Notes under the pieces: model-generated | The model's input: the letters and a program-made list of their open reading frames with translations, nothing else | Database searches by the model: none | What the model was told of the DNA's origin: nothing | Assembly (NCBI RefSeq): GCF_009914755.1 | Contig: NC_060928.1 | Length of the DNA: 64,000 bases | Strand: one strand, 5' to 3' | Source: the human T2T-CHM13v2.0 reference genome, Homo sapiens | In this document: positions 58,909 to 64,000 of the stretch, piece by piece | Layout of the letters: the number at the start of each line of letters is the position of its first letter | Numbering within the stretch: the first letter of the stretch is position 1 | Made by a program: the position numbers and the translations under genes

Positions 58909-60174
58909 AGGAAACTCTCTAAATATCAAGGAAAACAGAAATGGAACACCAAAAAAGGAAAGAACAAGGAATCAGTAAAGTAAATGTGCAGCAAGATAGA
59001 AAGTTTGAATAACCATGAATATAAAACACATGAAAATACACCCTAAGTATATGTAATTGAAAAGCTGAAATAACTACAAGAAGAAAGACAAACCTACCAT
59101 TTTGACATAGCTTTATTGGTAATGAATAAAACCAAAGTAATCATTAAGTACATCTAACACATTCAAACAATATAATGAACAAACAAACTAACATATAGGA
59201 TACTGCATCTAATGAGAAGAGACATTCTTCTCAAGTGCATACTTAATTACAAAAATTAATCATCTGCAGAGGTAATAAATATTTTTAACATTTAAATTAA
59301 TCAAGATATGTTCTCTAACCACCATGGAATTAAGCTAGGAACCTATGACAAAGAAAACTGGAAGAACTCCTCTGAAAATAAAGAAACAAGTTTCTAAATG
59401 ACTCACAGGCCAAGGAAGAAATAAGGGCTATTAGAAAATATGCTGAACTGAATGATAATGAAAATAATACAAACTAAAGCTTGTGAGATACAGCTAAAAG
59501 CCACTTTAGAGAAATATTTATACATAAATATATACATAAATATATTTGAGGAAAAAAAAGCAAGACTGGAAATTAAGGCATGTTCACCTTAAGCTAGAAA
59601 AAGAATACCAAATGAAACCAGAAGGAAGAAATAAAGAAATTAATAATATTGAAAACAAACATACAATAAAGAAGACCAATGAAGCTAAAAGTTGGTTCTT
59701 CTTTTCAAAGAAAATATTAATAAATGCCTGCATAATTTATCATCTGCATAAATTAATATCTGAAATGGAAAAAAGACATCACTACACAACCTATGGATAT
59801 TAAGACATCATAAAATATTCTGAACAACTTTCGGCCCGTAAATTTGAAGATTTACATAAAATGGGCAAATTTCCAGAAAACACAACTTTCAGAAACTCAT
59901 AGAAAGAGAAATGGAAATCAGAATAGTACTATAATTATTAAAGAAATTAAATCAGTAATTTAAAACTTCCTACCAGAAAAAAAAAAAAAAACCCAGAAAG
60001 AAAAAAAAAATTCAACCTTAAATAAATTCTTCCAAACAACAGAAAATAAGGAAATACTTAAATAAATTTTACAAAACCAGTGTAACTTTAATATCACAAC
60101 TTGACAAGGACACTGAAGAAAAAGAAGTACTGGCCAATTTCAGTCATAAACACAGATGCAAAAAATCCTATATA

Positions 60175-60534
<360 letters not shown>

Positions 60535-61668
60535 TTATCATAATCTTGTTGGCTTTATTCTAGGAATACCAAAGGTGGTATAACATACAAAAAAACCATC
60601 AATATAATTACCATATTAAAGGATAAAAATAATCTACTCATCTTAATAAAGAAAAGCATCTGATAAATTTCAAAATCTACTCATGTTAAAAAAAAAAAAA
60701 AAACTTGCCTAGCAAACCAGGAATAGAAAAAACTTCCTTCATCTGATGAAGTTTATCTATACAAAAACTACAGTGAATATGATACTTAATCAAAAATTAT
60801 GAAATTAGACAAGGATGCCCATTATCACCACTTTTAGCTAGTTAGTGCAGTAAGAGCAGGTTGGCAAGAAAATTAAAAGGATTAGAAATGGAGTAATACA
60901 ACTCTCATTACTTGCAGATGACATAATTGTATACATTAAAATAAAAAATGCATTAGCATTAAAAACTATTTAGCAAAGTGGTTGAATATGTTCTTTAGCA
61001 AGGCATTTAGTGTTTAGGAAGATGACTGAATACCAAAAAATATACAAAACTCAATTGTATTCCATTAATCAGTAACAACCATTAAGTTAGATAAATCTTT
61101 AAAATGACTATTTTTAAGCGAATTAAGAAGTTAGTATTTAGAATAAATGTAATACAATATGGGCAAGCCCACTACATAGAAACTTAAAACTACTGAGAGA
61201 AATTATAAAAAGCGTAACAAATAGAATAGGATCCACTGTTGTAAACATATCAATTATTTCCAAAGCCATCTATAGATTCAATATAATCCCAAATAAAATC
61301 TCTACATTTTAGAGAGGGGAGAGATTTAAAAACCTCGTTCTAAAAATTTTAATAAAAATACAAGGTAAAAGAACACAGATGCCAGAACTAGCCAAAATTC
61401 TTTAGAATAGGTCAAGGGGGAAGACTTACTCTACTGGATCTCAAGACTTTTTATAAAGCTGTCCATAATTAAACACTGTTACATTGCTATAAAGACTCAT
61501 GGAAGAGAATAAAGAATCCAGAAATAGACCTACACATACATTGACACCTGATTTATGACAAAGATGACATTAAAAAACAATAGTGAAAGGACAACCTAAT
61601 CAATAAATGGCTCAGAGTCAATATAAAATACATATGGAAAAGTCATAAAACCTAATTCTAAACATTAG

Positions 61669-61672
<4 letters not shown>

Positions 61673-61705
<33 letters not shown>
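61673..61705 (+). repeat. A33 homopolymer
   Basis: Counted directly; no SINE body upstream. Confidence 0.9.
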
Positions 61706-61707
<2 letters not shown>

Positions 61708-62015
61708 GGTTTCTAGATAATGACATAGGAGAATATATTCATGATCTTGTGGTATCAAAAAATTCTTAAAAAGGATAAAAGCGGTACCATAACAAAAAAG
61801 ATCAACAAATTGGACTGGAGTACATTAAAATTTTTCTGTTTGTCAAAAGACAAATTAAGAGAACGAAAAATTTAATAATAGCATGGGAGCACATATTTGC
61901 AACATATTACCAAAAAAAAGCTTACATCTAAAACATACAAGAACTCCTTACAAATGACACACACACAGCACACACATACGGCTGGATTGACTGGCTACAT
62001 CTATAGAGACAAGAG

Positions 62016-62296
62016 TTTTTTTTTTTTTTTTTTTTTTTTTTGAGACGGAGTCTCGCTCTGTCGCCCAGGCTGGAGTGCAGTGGCGCAATCTCGGGTTCAA
62101 GCGATTCTCCTGCCTCAACCTCCCAAGTAGCTGGGACTACAGGCACGTGCCACCACACCTGGCTGATTTTTTGTATTTTTAGTAGAGATGAGGTTTCACC
62201 GTGTTAGCCAGATTGTCTCGATCTCTTGACCTCGTGATCTGCCCACTTGGCCTCCCAAAGTGCTGGGATTACAGGCGTGAGCCACCATGCCCGGCC
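62016..62296 (-). mobile_element. Alu (AluSc/Y-like) with a ~22-bp internal deletion
   Basis: GCAATCTCGG runs straight into GTTCAAGCG, missing the CTCACTGCAACCTCCGCCTCCC segment. Confidence 0.92.
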
Positions 62297-62560
62297 GAGA
62301 TATTTAATTTTAAAGTAAGTTAGAAACAGCATACACATGCTATGTATACAGCTTCATTAAATTGCCACATATTCCTAATTCTTTACTAAGAACGCCTCTA
62401 TAATAAATTTGCTGATTTCTATTGATCAACTTTTAGTCTTTTTAGCCATAAACTTTTCAGATAATATTAATTTAGTTTTACCTTATTATAAACCTTACTT
62501 TATGTGAAGGAGTGGGGAAGAAGGGCGTCTTACGATAAAGAGAATTTTAAAAGAATATAG

Positions 62561-63187
<627 letters not shown>

Positions 63188-63644
63188 TAATGAATCAAAC
63201 TAGTCATTTCATTCATTAAAAATGTGTAAAATGTGTGGGTTCCAAGTCATTTGCATCAAATGCAAACAACTAATAACTGTGTATTTTTGTGATTAAGAGC
63301 AAGATAATCTTAGATTCACAGCTCTGGCACTGATTAGCTATGTATAAATAAATTACTTTAGTCTCTGAATCTCAGAATTTGCATCTCTAAACTGTGAGTT
63401 AAAGTTCCTATGTCCTAGGTTCTTAAACAAAATAATGCAACTAATCTCCTAACATATTGCTTGGTAAATAGAAAACATTCAGTATATGAAAAGAAGAATG
63501 TTCCACTAACGTAGGATATACAATGGAAGGAACTCCAAACCCATAGGCAATTATAAAAAACAGTCAGATGCTCTTGAGGAACATATATTAGCTAGTTCAT
63601 AATATCTGTAGAATTTATTTTACAGCTTTGTCACTAACAGTTAC

Positions 63645-63734
63645 CTGCGAGATTGTCAAGCATGAAGTTCAGTAGCTTTCGGGTTCCATCTGGGTCCTGG
63701 TATAAGTTGAGAATATCCTGTGATAAAGGATTGC
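63645..63734 (-). CDS. CNOT6L: CNOT6L coding exon (exon 5; end of LRR region/linker), 90 nt
   Basis: TTTAG|GC acceptor and GCAG|GTAACT donor; encodes (G)NPLSQDILNLYQDPDGTRKLLNFMLDNLA(V); phase 1-1 joins the next exon. Confidence 0.96.
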
Positions 63735-64000
63735 CTAAAGCAGAAGACAAAAATAAAACCTTTAAAACTTATAACTGCAAGGCAAGACAGAAATGTATAC
63801 TATAAAATAAAATACTAATTTCTTAAATTCAATTTCTTAAATTGAATTCTACTATATTTAATCTATTATATACATTTAAAAATGTATGTGTAAATAAATA
63901 TTTTCTTTAAGAACTCTAAAATTTGGGCTTGTCCAAAACATATATACACATATACATAAAAGCATATATATTAATCATAGTCAATTCTGAAGTAATATCA

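Overview
Primate (human-like) genomic DNA, AT-rich and dense in Alu, L1 and LTR repeats; not prokaryotic. The minus strand carries the 3' part of CNOT6L (CCR4b, the EEP-family deadenylase of the CCR4-NOT complex). Eight coding exons (63734 down to the TAG at 27248) have GT-AG boundaries, and their phases join into one continuous frame. A ~7 kb 3' UTR without Alus ends near an AATAAA at 20246-20251. The 5' exons lie beyond the right edge. Positions 1-20.2 kb are intergenic: nested L1/Alu/DNA-transposon fossils and a cluster of ancient ERVL remnants, two of which keep paired LTRs and gag-like motifs. I found no convincing new multi-gene system. The best novel candidates are CNOT6L RNA-processing features: a 9-nt in-frame microexon, an LTR-supplied intronic poly(A) site after a weak donor, a possible poison exon, and dense miRNA/PUM/CPE sites in the UTR. 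There are also local duplication scars. Exon and residue numbers follow the 555-aa reference protein as I recall it. Repeat names and boundaries were assigned by eye and are approximate.
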